Shown here one piece after another: positions 53,025 through 62,355 of a DNA stretch of 64,000 nt. The DNA is from a virus, in the IMG/VR virus record IMGVR_UViG_3300045988_105143, positions 722-64,721 of that record; one strand, given 5' to 3'. Each line of letters begins with the position of its first letter. Position 1 is the first letter of the stretch. The notes below the pieces were generated by a model. It worked only from the letters and a program-made list of their open reading frames with translations. It did not search any database and was not told the DNA's origin. The position numbers and the translations under genes were made by a program.

Positions 53025-53293
53025 TGAAATTATTACATGACAACGTATTGGTTATTCCTGAAGTAAAAGAAGAAACTACTGAAAGTGGAATTATTCTTGG
53101 CTCTACCCCAAAAGCACAGCATATTGGTAAAGTATATGCTAGTGGGGAAGGTAAATTTGAATCTGGTAAATGGATTCATAATGAGGTAACTGAAGGTGAT
53201 ATTGTACAATTTGGTCCATATACAGAAGAAATTGTCATTGAAGGTCATAAATATCTCCTAATGAAACATTCTAATATTATTTGTATCTTATAA
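53024..53293 (+). CDS. groES: GroES/Cpn10-like co-chaperonin
   Basis: KLLHDNVLVIPEVKEETTESGIILGS...GKVYASGEG...VTEGDIVQFGPY...IEGHKYLLMKHSNIICIL parallels the GroES layout. TAATG coupling to terL. Confidence 0.7.
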   Translation: MKLLHDNVLVIPEVKEETTESGIILGSTPKAQHIGKVYASGEGKFESGKWIHNEVTEGDIVQFGPYTEEIVIEGHKYLLMKHSNIICIL

Positions 53294-53302
53294 GGAGGTT
53301 AA

Positions 53303-55399
53303 ATGGATAGCGAGTCTGTTTTACAGGACTTAAACAAAACGGTAGTACGATATGTCCAAAATGATATCAAACGTGCTGAAGCATACAGTGCTAGTGTTAT
53401 CGAGCCAGTAGTTAAAGAACGTTATGAAATCTATTACGCCGATAAAGACTATTACCGTAATAAGTTCCCTATTTTATCTAAAACTTCTGACCTCGTATCC
53501 ACTGACGTTGCCGATACTATCGAATGGGCTTTACCTTCTCTTATGAAGGTATTCACTGGCTCTGATGAGGTTATTACCATCGCTGGTGTAACCGAAGAAG
53601 ATGATACTAAAGCTGAGACTATGCAGGAATTGCTGGTATATCAGCTCCAACGTCAAAATAAGTTTTTCCCTATCCTATATAATTGGATTAAGGATTCCCT
53701 TATTACTGGCTTAGGTATCATTAAATGCTATTGGGAACGTACCGAAGGATACACTACAGAACAAACAAAACTGAATAATGAAGCTTTACAAGCTTTAATC
53801 CAAACTGGTGTGGAGGTTACCAACATTGATGGTCCAGATATATATGGAGACTTTCTAGTAACATATCAATCACCATATTATGTTAAAAATGCACCTAAAA
53901 TTGAGAATATTTTGATTAGCGAATTTATCTATTCTCCAGATGCTAAGAGCCTAGAGGACGCTAATTTTGTTGCACATAAACGTAAAGTTACTATGAGTTA
54001 CTTACGTGAACGTGAAGCACAGGGTGTATACGCTAATATCGATGATATCAAAGTAGATGCATACAAGGGTAACCTATATGACCCGATTGAAGAAGTAATC
54101 GGTGATAGCTATAACGACATCACATACGAAGAGCAACAAGCTCGCCAGGAAGTGATTATTTATGAATGCTATACTAAGATTGATATTAATGGTGATGGCA
54201 TCTTAGAAGATATGATTATCACTATTTGCGGTGACACAATCATCCGTATGGAGCAAAATTATATGGGTAGACACCCATTCTTTGCTATTTCCCCTACTAA
54301 AGACCCGCACCGTATCTGGGTAAAACGCTCTTATGCAGAGTTAATTGGCGAATTACAGGACTTAAAGGTTGCTTTAACACGCCAAATTATGCAAAATGTA
54401 GCGTTAACCAATGACCCTAAGATGTTATTAGACGAAACAGCTATTAATATTGATGATTTTGTCCAAGGTCGCAAGGTTGTTCGTATGAAATCAGGACATT
54501 CACTCAACGAAGTGGCTATGCCAATGCCAGTGAGCCCATTATCTCCTCAAACATTCACGTTTTTAGAATGGCTGGAAGGGCAAAAAGAGAACCGTACTGG
54601 TATTACACGGTACAACCAAGGTCTTGACGCTAACAGCCTTAACAAAACGGCTACTGGTATATCCGCTATTCTCGGACAAAGCTCACAACGTCTTGAATTA
54701 GTAGCACGTATGTTCGCAGAAACTGGTCTTTATGAATTATTCCGATTCATGGTTAGCTTAAACCAGAAATTTATAGACCAAGCCACTGTAATTCGCTTGA
54801 CTAACAAGGAAATGCGTATTACCCCAGAAGATTTGGACGGTAGTTTTGACCTTATTGTCAATGCAGGTATTAGTATCGCTACTAAAGAATCCACAATTAT
54901 GGCGACTCAAACGCTATTAACTGCTATTATGCAGGCTAACGCTGGTGGCTATATGATTTCAACTCCAGAAAACATCTATAATTTGTTTAAAAAATGGATT
55001 GAAAGTATTGGATTTAAAAACTATGGTGACTATATTACCGACCCTGCTATTACACAACAGCGTATGTTAATGGAAATGCAATTGAAACAACAAGTATTGT
55101 CTCAATTACCTCCTGATGCATTACAGTACTATGCTCAATTCGGTATTCTACCACCAGAATATTTAAATATGTTACCACCTCAATTGCAGGTATTATTCCA
55201 AGGAGCAGGAAATGAACCAGGAACAAATGAACAACAAAATGCTGGAAGTCAGTTTGGGGGAACAGGCTTCGGCGGTGCTAACCTTTCTGGAGGATTGGCT
55301 GGCGGCTTATCACGAATGGATAATCAACAACCTCAAAACGTGCAACGAGGACCGTCTCAGGGACCTTCGGAACCTCCTAGTGGTATCGGAGGATTTTAA
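53303..55399 (+). CDS. portal protein
   Basis: 698-aa ORF directly after terL/groES, with an AAGGAGG ribosome-binding site. Size and position are typical. Gly/Gln/Pro-rich disordered C-terminal tail. Confidence 0.7.
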   Translation: MDSESVLQDLNKTVVRYVQNDIKRAEAYSASVIEPVVKERYEIYYADKDYYRNKFPILSKTSDLVSTDVADTIEWALPSLMKVFTGSDEVITIAGVTEEDDTKAETMQELLVYQLQRQNKFFPILYNWIKDSLITGLGIIKCYWERTEGYTTEQTKLNNEALQALIQTGVEVTNIDGPDIYGDFLVTYQSPYYVKNAPKIENILISEFIYSPDAKSLEDANFVAHKRKVTMSYLREREAQGVYANIDDIKVDAYKGNLYDPIEEVIGDSYNDITYEEQQARQEVIIYECYTKIDINGDGILEDMIITICGDTIIRMEQNYMGRHPFFAISPTKDPHRIWVKRSYAELIGELQDLKVALTRQIMQNVALTNDPKMLLDETAINIDDFVQGRKVVRMKSGHSLNEVAMPMPVSPLSPQTFTFLEWLEGQKENRTGITRYNQGLDANSLNKTATGISAILGQSSQRLELVARMFAETGLYELFRFMVSLNQKFIDQATVIRLTNKEMRITPEDLDGSFDLIVNAGISIATKESTIMATQTLLTAIMQANAGGYMISTPENIYNLFKKWIESIGFKNYGDYITDPAITQQRMLMEMQLKQQVLSQLPPDALQYYAQFGILPPEYLNMLPPQLQVLFQGAGNEPGTNEQQNAGSQFGGTGFGGANLSGGLAGGLSRMDNQQPQNVQRGPSQGPSEPPSGIGGF

Positions 55400-55508
55400 A
55401 AGCTTTTTAGAGCAACATGTAGTTAGTGGCAAATTATCTGGTGCCGAACTAAAAGAAGCTCTTGAAAAGGAAAATTATTTTAAACAGCGTGGGTATTACC
55501 CAGAATAG
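55212..55508 (+). CDS. 98-aa ORF overlapping the portal 3' end in the +1 frame
   Basis: ATG 55212 preceded by AAGGAG at 6-nt spacing. 188 nt overlap the low-complexity portal tail. The helical, charged product extends 109 nt past the portal stop. Confidence 0.4.
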   Translation: MNQEQMNNKMLEVSLGEQASAVLTFLEDWLAAYHEWIINNLKTCNEDRLRDLRNLLVVSEDFKSFLEQHVVSGKLSGAELKEALEKENYFKQRGYYPE

Positions 55509-55516
55509 GAGATTGA

Positions 55517-56404
55517 ATGAACATTAAATTCGCAAATTGGAACGGTAACGCTCCATCACCTATCGCTATGGAACTTGCTAAGCGTGCAGGGGTTCAAGAA
55601 GCCCCTGTCAATTACCAAGACTACATGGCTAGTCAAGAGCCTATTAATAAAGCAAAGGCTCGTATGGAGGCTAACACAGAGTATCAAATGCCAGACAAAG
55701 GCAAATTTGCACCTAGTCAAGATTATACCTCTGTAAGTATGTCACCTAAATTTGAAACGAATGAGCAAGCGAAAGCACGTGCAGATGAAGCAGATACTCG
55801 TGCATACCAGCAATCACATCCTGGTTTAAGCTCAGACTTTGCTTCTAAAATTGCCGAAATCTTGCGACAAGGCAAAGCTATGGAGCAATCTTATCGAGAT
55901 AGTGCTAATGGTACGTTTACCCCAAAAACTATGGGTCAAATTGCGCAAGAGCGTATGGCTAATATTCCAGCAGACCAAAAATGGCGTCGCCAAAACCCAT
56001 TTGCTGAAGGTATGGGCTACGTATGGGCTGATGATGCTAAGATGAAAGCCGCAGGCTGGGGGGACGACGACATTGCTTCAATGAAAGCACGTACAGAGTT
56101 CGAACCACAAGAGGTCTTAAATTTGGTAGACCAAGGAATAATTCGAGCACCTTATGCGGAGTATTTGAAAGAACAGGAGCGTTTACGCCAAGAAGCACTA
56201 GCTAAGGCGGCTCAAGAAGCATATGACTATAGCGAGCCAACTTATTATGAAAAACCAGCTTCTAGCGTATCTGCATCTGTTCCAGCATCACAACCATCAT
56301 ATGGTGTGGGTTTTGACCAATTAGACAGTGATAGTATGGCAGATTTCAAAAAAGGTAATCAAGCTGGCTGGAACTGGAATCCAGGTCGCAATAATTTCTA
56401 TTAA
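55517..56404 (+). CDS. hypothetical head-module protein (295 aa)
   Basis: TAGGAG ribosome-binding site. Lies between the portal and scaffold genes. Confidence 0.55.
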   Translation: MNIKFANWNGNAPSPIAMELAKRAGVQEAPVNYQDYMASQEPINKAKARMEANTEYQMPDKGKFAPSQDYTSVSMSPKFETNEQAKARADEADTRAYQQSHPGLSSDFASKIAEILRQGKAMEQSYRDSANGTFTPKTMGQIAQERMANIPADQKWRRQNPFAEGMGYVWADDAKMKAAGWGDDDIASMKARTEFEPQEVLNLVDQGIIRAPYAEYLKEQERLRQEALAKAAQEAYDYSEPTYYEKPASSVSASVPASQPSYGVGFDQLDSDSMADFKKGNQAGWNWNPGRNNFY

Positions 56405-56446
56405 TTGACATTCACCAACCCTACGGGGAGTGAGGAGGAAAGACAC

Positions 56447-57481
56447 ATGGACGAATTGAAGTTCAAATTTGATTTGCAGACATTTGCTGACGGTGACGCA
56501 GGTGATGCAACAGAGACTGGTTTGGAGCAACCTGTAACGGACTCCAATGCCGAAGATGATATTCCAGATTTTGGTATTGATGAAGACGGCAACCCAGTAT
56601 TCTTTAATGAAGGTGCGTTTGGCTCTGATGACAGTGAAGAAGGAGACGAGAACCCTGATGGTGAAGCTGACCAACCAGGACAATCTGCCGAACCTGAAAC
56701 ATTTGTTGTTAAAGTGAACGGACAGGAACAAGAGGTAACACTAGACGAATTACTTCATGGATACATGCGTAACCAAGATTATACTCGTAAGACACAAGCC
56801 TTAGCTGAGGAACGTCGTAATTTACAGTATAACCAAGCACCGCAAGTACAACCACAACAAGTAAACCCTCAAAATACACCTAATGTTCCAGAGCAACCAC
56901 AAATTACTCAACGTGATTATTATACTCAACTTGATGCATACGCTCGTAAAGAAGTACAAAATGCATTAGGTGAGGAATATGATGAGTATAACCCACTCCA
57001 TCAAGCGGCTTATGCAGATAGTATTGCTAATGTTAAAGCTGAAATTTTTTCTGCTCGCCAAGCTGAGGCAGAACGGGCGCGTGTGGTTGATAATTTCAAT
57101 CAAACTATGAGTAAGTATTTCCAAGACCCTCACTTCCAAGAGATTAACCACTTGGCGTTGGAAAAATTAAATAACTTACCATATGCACAAGCAGTGCAAA
57201 TTAAACAAGCTATGGACAACTTTGATACGCAAACTGTTGATGCGTATATGAGTGCTGTCCGTAATGAATATTATGGTGCTAATAATGTGCCAACAATTCA
57301 GCGTAAGAATGCGGCTATGCCACAGAAACCTGTTGTGAAACCTCCTTTCGTAGAAAGTGCTGGTGCTTCAACGCAGTCCCCAGGTAATCCTACGGCACAA
57401 ATTGATTATTCTAAACTAAGTCGATTATCTAACGATGAACAGGCACAGCTTATAGCACAATTAGGTTACTTTTCTAAATAG
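56447..57481 (+). CDS. putative head scaffolding protein
   Basis: ATG 56447 lies 8 nt after GAGGAGG. Acidic N-terminus, Gln-rich helical body. Immediately precedes the capsid gene. Confidence 0.5.
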   Translation: MDELKFKFDLQTFADGDAGDATETGLEQPVTDSNAEDDIPDFGIDEDGNPVFFNEGAFGSDDSEEGDENPDGEADQPGQSAEPETFVVKVNGQEQEVTLDELLHGYMRNQDYTRKTQALAEERRNLQYNQAPQVQPQQVNPQNTPNVPEQPQITQRDYYTQLDAYARKEVQNALGEEYDEYNPLHQAAYADSIANVKAEIFSARQAEAERARVVDNFNQTMSKYFQDPHFQEINHLALEKLNNLPYAQAVQIKQAMDNFDTQTVDAYMSAVRNEYYGANNVPTIQRKNAAMPQKPVVKPPFVESAGASTQSPGNPTAQIDYSKLSRLSNDEQAQLIAQLGYFSK

Positions 57482-57494
57482 GAGGACTATTTAA

Positions 57495-58655
57495 TTGGCT
57501 AAGGAAATGGCTGTAAAGTCTTATAACGTGGTTGGTAAAGTAGAAGATATGAATGACTTCATCACGAATATCGACCCTGACCAAACACTTTTAACTTCTC
57601 GTTTCGGTAAACTTACCGTAACAAGTACAGAGCACGCATGGTTATGCGATAGCTTACGCCCTGCGATGGATAACGCTACACTTGAAGTACATGACTTCAA
57701 TACTCGTCAAGCTACTCCACGTAGACGTGAATCTAACTTCACACAACAATTCGAACATGGTTACACAGTATCTGATATCACTCAAGCTATCAAGAAATAT
57801 GGTGTACGTGACGAAAAATCTTATCAAATGTTGAAAGCTTCTAAAGAAATTGGTCGTGACTTAGAGTATGCGATTGTTTCTAACAAAGTAAAAACTCCAT
57901 TTGATGAAGTTACACCTGGTCGCTTTGGTGGTATCCCTTACTTCTTGGACAACTTCTCTGAAGTAACTGTAGATGCACAAGGTGTCGTAACACTTAACTC
58001 TCACCGTTTCGTAACTGGTGATAAAGTTATTGTTCGTGGTAAAGGTGCTAATGCACTTGATTCTAAATTCTCCCCGAACACTCAATATTTCGTTAAACCT
58101 AAAGATGCTAATACATTCACATTGCATTTGACAGCAGAAGATTCTGCGGCAACTCTTGGCACACCAGTAAAACCATCTGCCGCTGTTACTGCTGGTAAAA
58201 TGGAATTGACATATTGCAATGCTATCGATGCTGGTAAACTTGCTTCTCAAGGTGAGTTCACTATGGAAGCATTGAATGATGCTATGCAAGCAGTATGGGG
58301 ACGTGGTGGTAATATCGACATTGCCGTTATGTCTGGTAAGAATAAACGTAAAGCATCTACATTCACAGCTAACTCTCAACGTAACGTAGCTATGGAAGCT
58401 AAGAAATTAACTCAAGTAGTTGACGTTATCGAAACTGACTTCGGTGTTGTTGAGTTGGTTGCTCATCGTATGTACGAAAACGATGTTGTTGATTTGCTTG
58501 AATTGCAATACTGGAAACTTGGTTACCTTATTCCATTCCATAACGAAGATTTGGAACGTAAAGGTACTTACAAAGAGTCCGTAATTACAGGTACAGCTAC
58601 TCTCGAATGTACTGCACCAATTGCCAACGCTCGTTTGTACGGCATTACAAAATAA
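57495..58655 (+). CDS. major capsid protein (HK97-fold, SU10/N4-like family suspected)
   Basis: TTG start 9 nt after AGGAGG. 386 aa. Followed by a strong terminator. ...TSTEHAWLCDSL... resembles the xEWxEDxL capsid motif. Confidence 0.7.
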   Translation: MAKEMAVKSYNVVGKVEDMNDFITNIDPDQTLLTSRFGKLTVTSTEHAWLCDSLRPAMDNATLEVHDFNTRQATPRRRESNFTQQFEHGYTVSDITQAIKKYGVRDEKSYQMLKASKEIGRDLEYAIVSNKVKTPFDEVTPGRFGGIPYFLDNFSEVTVDAQGVVTLNSHRFVTGDKVIVRGKGANALDSKFSPNTQYFVKPKDANTFTLHLTAEDSAATLGTPVKPSAAVTAGKMELTYCNAIDAGKLASQGEFTMEALNDAMQAVWGRGGNIDIAVMSGKNKRKASTFTANSQRNVAMEAKKLTQVVDVIETDFGVVELVAHRMYENDVVDLLELQYWKLGYLIPFHNEDLERKGTYKESVITGTATLECTAPIANARLYGITK

Positions 58656-58662
58656 ACCATTT

Positions 58663-58692
58663 GGGGGTAGTTAATTCTACCCCCTTATTTTT
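58663..58692 (+). terminator. rho-independent terminator after the capsid gene
   Basis: GGGGGTAG (58663-70) pairs with CTACCCCC (58677-84), followed by TTATTTTT. Confidence 0.85.
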
Positions 58693-58712
58693 GTTTCTAA
58701 AGGTAGGTATTT

Positions 58713-59021
58713 ATGTTAATTAGTTCACAAGTTACAGTAGATAAAGATACCTGGTCTATTCAACATACGTTTGATGAGACAGAAGTATTAGAGCAGGCTA
58801 GAGAAGAACGTAATAGTGGGCTTGAAGGAGATATGGGTGGTGGGCAAGGTAAAGTCATTGCTCGTATCCCAAGACATCGATTCTTTAGCGACTTTGAGTT
58901 GATTATGGCTCAAAAATGCCAAGGTATTGACAAGAAAGAGTATGAAATGTGGATACGTAAATGGATTATGAAAAACCCAGAATTCCGTACAACTACAGGA
59001 AATACTAAGAGGTATTTATGA
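58713..59021 (+). CDS. hypothetical protein (102 aa)
   Basis: AAGGTAGG ribosome-binding site. Confidence 0.55.
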   Translation: MLISSQVTVDKDTWSIQHTFDETEVLEQAREERNSGLEGDMGGGQGKVIARIPRHRFFSDFELIMAQKCQGIDKKEYEMWIRKWIMKNPEFRTTTGNTKRYL

Positions 59022-59527
59022 TTGAAGTAAGAGATGTAGTGACATCAGTCCTATATGGACTTGGAGAAAACGCTACTCGAAAACATAGTGACCCAGAAAT
59101 CATTGATTCTCTAAATATGGTTTTACGCTATATCAATCTAGCCTTGATTAATACTAAATCATACTGGATTGCTAAAGAAATTAAATTAAAGCCCAAAAAC
59201 GGTAAAGCTAAACTACCAGAAGATTTTGGTGGATTTAAAGAGTTTGAAAACTACGATGGTAAATATAAATTTACTAAAGACTCTATTAAAATTGATAAAG
59301 ACACCAATATGACATATCTCTATATCATTGACCCTATTGAAAATATAGACGATGAAATAGATTTGCCATATGTTCTATTCGATATGTTTAGCCGATACTC
59401 TATAGGACTGCTCAATGGTAATTTTGGGTCCGACACAGTGGCAGGTTTGATATCTGCCGAAATTCAAAAATTGGTGGCAAATGAGTCTAGCGGACCTATT
59501 GATAGACCTATGCCATTCTTTGTATAG
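59018..59527 (+). CDS. head-tail connector/adaptor-like protein, paralog 1
   Basis: N-terminal pattern ...SDPEIIDSLNMVLRYINLAL...LPEDF is shared with the next two ORFs. Confidence 0.4.
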   Translation: MIEVRDVVTSVLYGLGENATRKHSDPEIIDSLNMVLRYINLALINTKSYWIAKEIKLKPKNGKAKLPEDFGGFKEFENYDGKYKFTKDSIKIDKDTNMTYLYIIDPIENIDDEIDLPYVLFDMFSRYSIGLLNGNFGSDTVAGLISAEIQKLVANESSGPIDRPMPFFV

Positions 59528-59535
59528 GAGGTATA

Positions 59536-59997
59536 ATGACAGCTAACGACTTATTAATTCTCGTTCGGCAACGTTTAGGAGATATGCAAAAGCTTTCTCT
59601 ATCTGACGAAGAATTAATTATGAGTTTAAACGTGGCTATCGACCGACTTAGCGAAGAACTATCTCAGAATAATAATCCAGAATTAGTTAAAGAACTGACT
59701 TTAACAGGTAATAATAAAACTGCACGACCAGATGATTTTATCGAATTGTGCGGACAGTTCCCTGTTGTTTTCAGTCAAGATACTGATGGTATTAAAATCC
59801 AGCACATGAATCCTAATTATACTGGGACTATGACTATTCGCTATTTCGCTAGTAGACCTCACGTAACAAATTTATCCGATAAGATACCTTTTGACAAAAT
59901 ACTACAACAACGTCAATTAGTAACTTACACGGTATATGATATTAAATCTATCACAGGGGAGGTAAAAGAAAATGACGGTGCAGGAGCTAATGGATAA
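59536..59997 (+). CDS. head-tail connector/adaptor-like protein, paralog 2
   Basis: ...SDEELIMSLNVAIDRLSEEL...RPDDF. Confidence 0.4.
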   Translation: MTANDLLILVRQRLGDMQKLSLSDEELIMSLNVAIDRLSEELSQNNNPELVKELTLTGNNKTARPDDFIELCGQFPVVFSQDTDGIKIQHMNPNYTGTMTIRYFASRPHVTNLSDKIPFDKILQQRQLVTYTVYDIKSITGEVKENDGAGANG

Positions 59998-60430
59998 GGC
60001 GGCTCTACGAGACCGTTTAAGTGACAACCTCCAAAGTGGTTATGAAGATAAAGAGTTAATTGCTTATATGAATGACGCCATTAACTTTATGTGGCATGTC
60101 CTTATCCAAAAAGGATATTATGAGGTGATTGGAGATATTGAATTTGCTCAAGAAAACAATGATTTGCCAACTGATTGGTATAGGGCTACAAATCAAGCTC
60201 CTGTACTTATTAAACCACCTAAAGCAATTGTTTACGGCAAAGTACCGTTAAAGGTTCGATATTATAAACGCCCACCACAACTTTCACAAAAAACAGATTC
60301 ATTACCATTCACAAATAATGCGTTTAATAACCTTATTGGGCAATTAGTGATTATCTTAGCCATGTCAAATCACGGCTTTAATATGGACGTCGAACAAGAT
60401 ATGCTAGAGGCTATTGTTGGTTTATTATAG
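59972..60430 (+). CDS. head-tail connector/adaptor-like protein, paralog 3
   Basis: ...EDKELIAYMNDAINFMWHVL...LPTDW. Confidence 0.4.
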   Translation: MTVQELMDKAALRDRLSDNLQSGYEDKELIAYMNDAINFMWHVLIQKGYYEVIGDIEFAQENNDLPTDWYRATNQAPVLIKPPKAIVYGKVPLKVRYYKRPPQLSQKTDSLPFTNNAFNNLIGQLVIILAMSNHGFNMDVEQDMLEAIVGLL

Positions 60431-60438
60431 GAGGTAAT

Positions 60439-62346
60439 ATGGCAGAAAATGCTACTAACAACTTGCCGTCTACTATACAAGGTGACGGTAGTAAATTTAT
60501 CTCCTTGCTTAAAAAATATCTAAAAGATATAGCTTCTGAACTTAACGAGCAAATCCAAAAAGTCGAGCGTATCTTTAATGCCACAGCAGATAACCCAGAC
60601 ACATTCCCAGAGCAAGTCTACGGGATTACCATAGAAGAGAAAAATGAACAAGGTAGTGTGTCTCTGCTAGTTAAATGGAACTCTGACCGCATAAAACAAT
60701 ATGCAGGCGTTGGTATTGACGTTAAAGTTGGCGATTTCTCAACTACCACAGAGCAATTTGAAAAAATTGCATGGACACGTCATTATGATACTACAAAAAC
60801 AAACTCGTATATGATACAAAGCCTAGCAGTTGGCAAAAAATATCTTATCCGCATCAGGGCACGAAATATTGTTAATGCTATTTCGGAAGAAAAGAAAGCC
60901 CCAACAAAGACATATTATATATCTGAGAATAATCACACACCTAACGGACCATATCAATTTACAGTGGTATTTGATAAACGTGGCGCATATTGGTCTTGGA
61001 AACAATATGACCAAAACGATTATGAATGGTCAGAACTACGCCTTGACAACAATGTTGGTAGTTTACAAAATAGACTTGAAATAACCACAGGTTTATCTTC
61101 TACTGCTATACCTATAGCACGCAGTGGTACTGCATACTTGTATAATAAGGGCATTGGTAATTCGTGGTCCGCTCCAGCTACATTACAATATAATAAACCA
61201 GTGCCACATGCCCCACGTAATATCATCATCGAAAAGTTTTACGAAGGCTTAAAGGTATCATTTGACAGTATTCCAGAAGACTGTAATGGTGCTACTATAT
61301 ATGTTAACAACGAACCATATAAGATATCATCAAATGTATTTACATTTAATTGCTCTACAGGTACTTACAAAATTAAAATTTGCTATACCGATATATTTGG
61401 AGAGGGCGAAATGTCAGCAGAAGTCTCTGAATCTACAGTAGAGCAAATACCTTCTAATGCTGTCCATATCACAAAGAAAACAGTATTTGATGATGGCGTT
61501 ATTGTTGCTAAATATATTGGAGACAAAGCTGTAGTTGGTACTAAGATACAGGATGGTGCAGTTACTACCGACAAATTGTCAGCTAATGCAGTAACAGCTA
61601 ATAAAATTGCCGCCAATGCAATTACAGGCGACAAAATCAAAGCAGGAGAAGTTCAGTCACAACATATGAAGGCGAACTCTATTAGTGGTGACAAAATTAC
61701 TACTAATACACTGAGCGGCAGTGCCATTAAAACTGGTACATTGACTGGTGATAGAATAGCAGCTGGGACAATTACTGGCGACCATATTAAAGCACGCAGT
61801 ATTAAGGGTGACAATATTGAAAGTAAAACTATTACATCGGATAAATTGGTAGTTAACGAACTTGCCGCTATTAGTGGTAAACTTGGCAAGGTAGAGTCTG
61901 GTGAGGTTGTAGCTAGTAGTATACACAGTGCTGACAACTCATTTAATATTGATAAAAGTGGTAATATTAGAGGTGCTAACTTAACTGGTGTTACTATTAG
62001 TGGTTCTCGTATTGATGCTGAAAGCATTTACCAAGCAGGATTCCATATTAGAAATGTCGAAATCATAATACAAGAATACAATCATGGAGATACTATTTAT
62101 CTTCCACAAGGGTACACATGGGATAAGTGTGTAGCTTTACCTATGCATATTACAGGATTTGTGAATACACCGAAGAAAAGCGTTGTAAAACCAGAATTAT
62201 CATGGTTTTTGCCAGGTGGTAGCCAACACCCGTACATTGCAATTGACTCGTCACATCGTGTGTTCGCATCACTCACTTGGCAAGATGACCCAAACAATAA
62301 ATTCACCTTTAAAGTAAAGGTAGTTTTAATTTTATTTCAAACATAG
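60439..62346 (+). CDS. tail fibre/spike protein with tandem ~11-residue fibre repeats
   Basis: AGGAGG ribosome-binding site. Central run ...DKLSANAVTANKIAANAITGDKIKAGEVQSQHMKANSISGDKITTNTLSGSAIKTGTLTGDRIAAGTITGDHIKARSIKGDNIESKTITSDKL. Confidence 0.7.
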   Translation: MAENATNNLPSTIQGDGSKFISLLKKYLKDIASELNEQIQKVERIFNATADNPDTFPEQVYGITIEEKNEQGSVSLLVKWNSDRIKQYAGVGIDVKVGDFSTTTEQFEKIAWTRHYDTTKTNSYMIQSLAVGKKYLIRIRARNIVNAISEEKKAPTKTYYISENNHTPNGPYQFTVVFDKRGAYWSWKQYDQNDYEWSELRLDNNVGSLQNRLEITTGLSSTAIPIARSGTAYLYNKGIGNSWSAPATLQYNKPVPHAPRNIIIEKFYEGLKVSFDSIPEDCNGATIYVNNEPYKISSNVFTFNCSTGTYKIKICYTDIFGEGEMSAEVSESTVEQIPSNAVHITKKTVFDDGVIVAKYIGDKAVVGTKIQDGAVTTDKLSANAVTANKIAANAITGDKIKAGEVQSQHMKANSISGDKITTNTLSGSAIKTGTLTGDRIAAGTITGDHIKARSIKGDNIESKTITSDKLVVNELAAISGKLGKVESGEVVASSIHSADNSFNIDKSGNIRGANLTGVTISGSRIDAESIYQAGFHIRNVEIIIQEYNHGDTIYLPQGYTWDKCVALPMHITGFVNTPKKSVVKPELSWFLPGGSQHPYIAIDSSHRVFASLTWQDDPNNKFTFKVKVVLILFQT

Positions 62347-62355
62347 GAGGCTATT

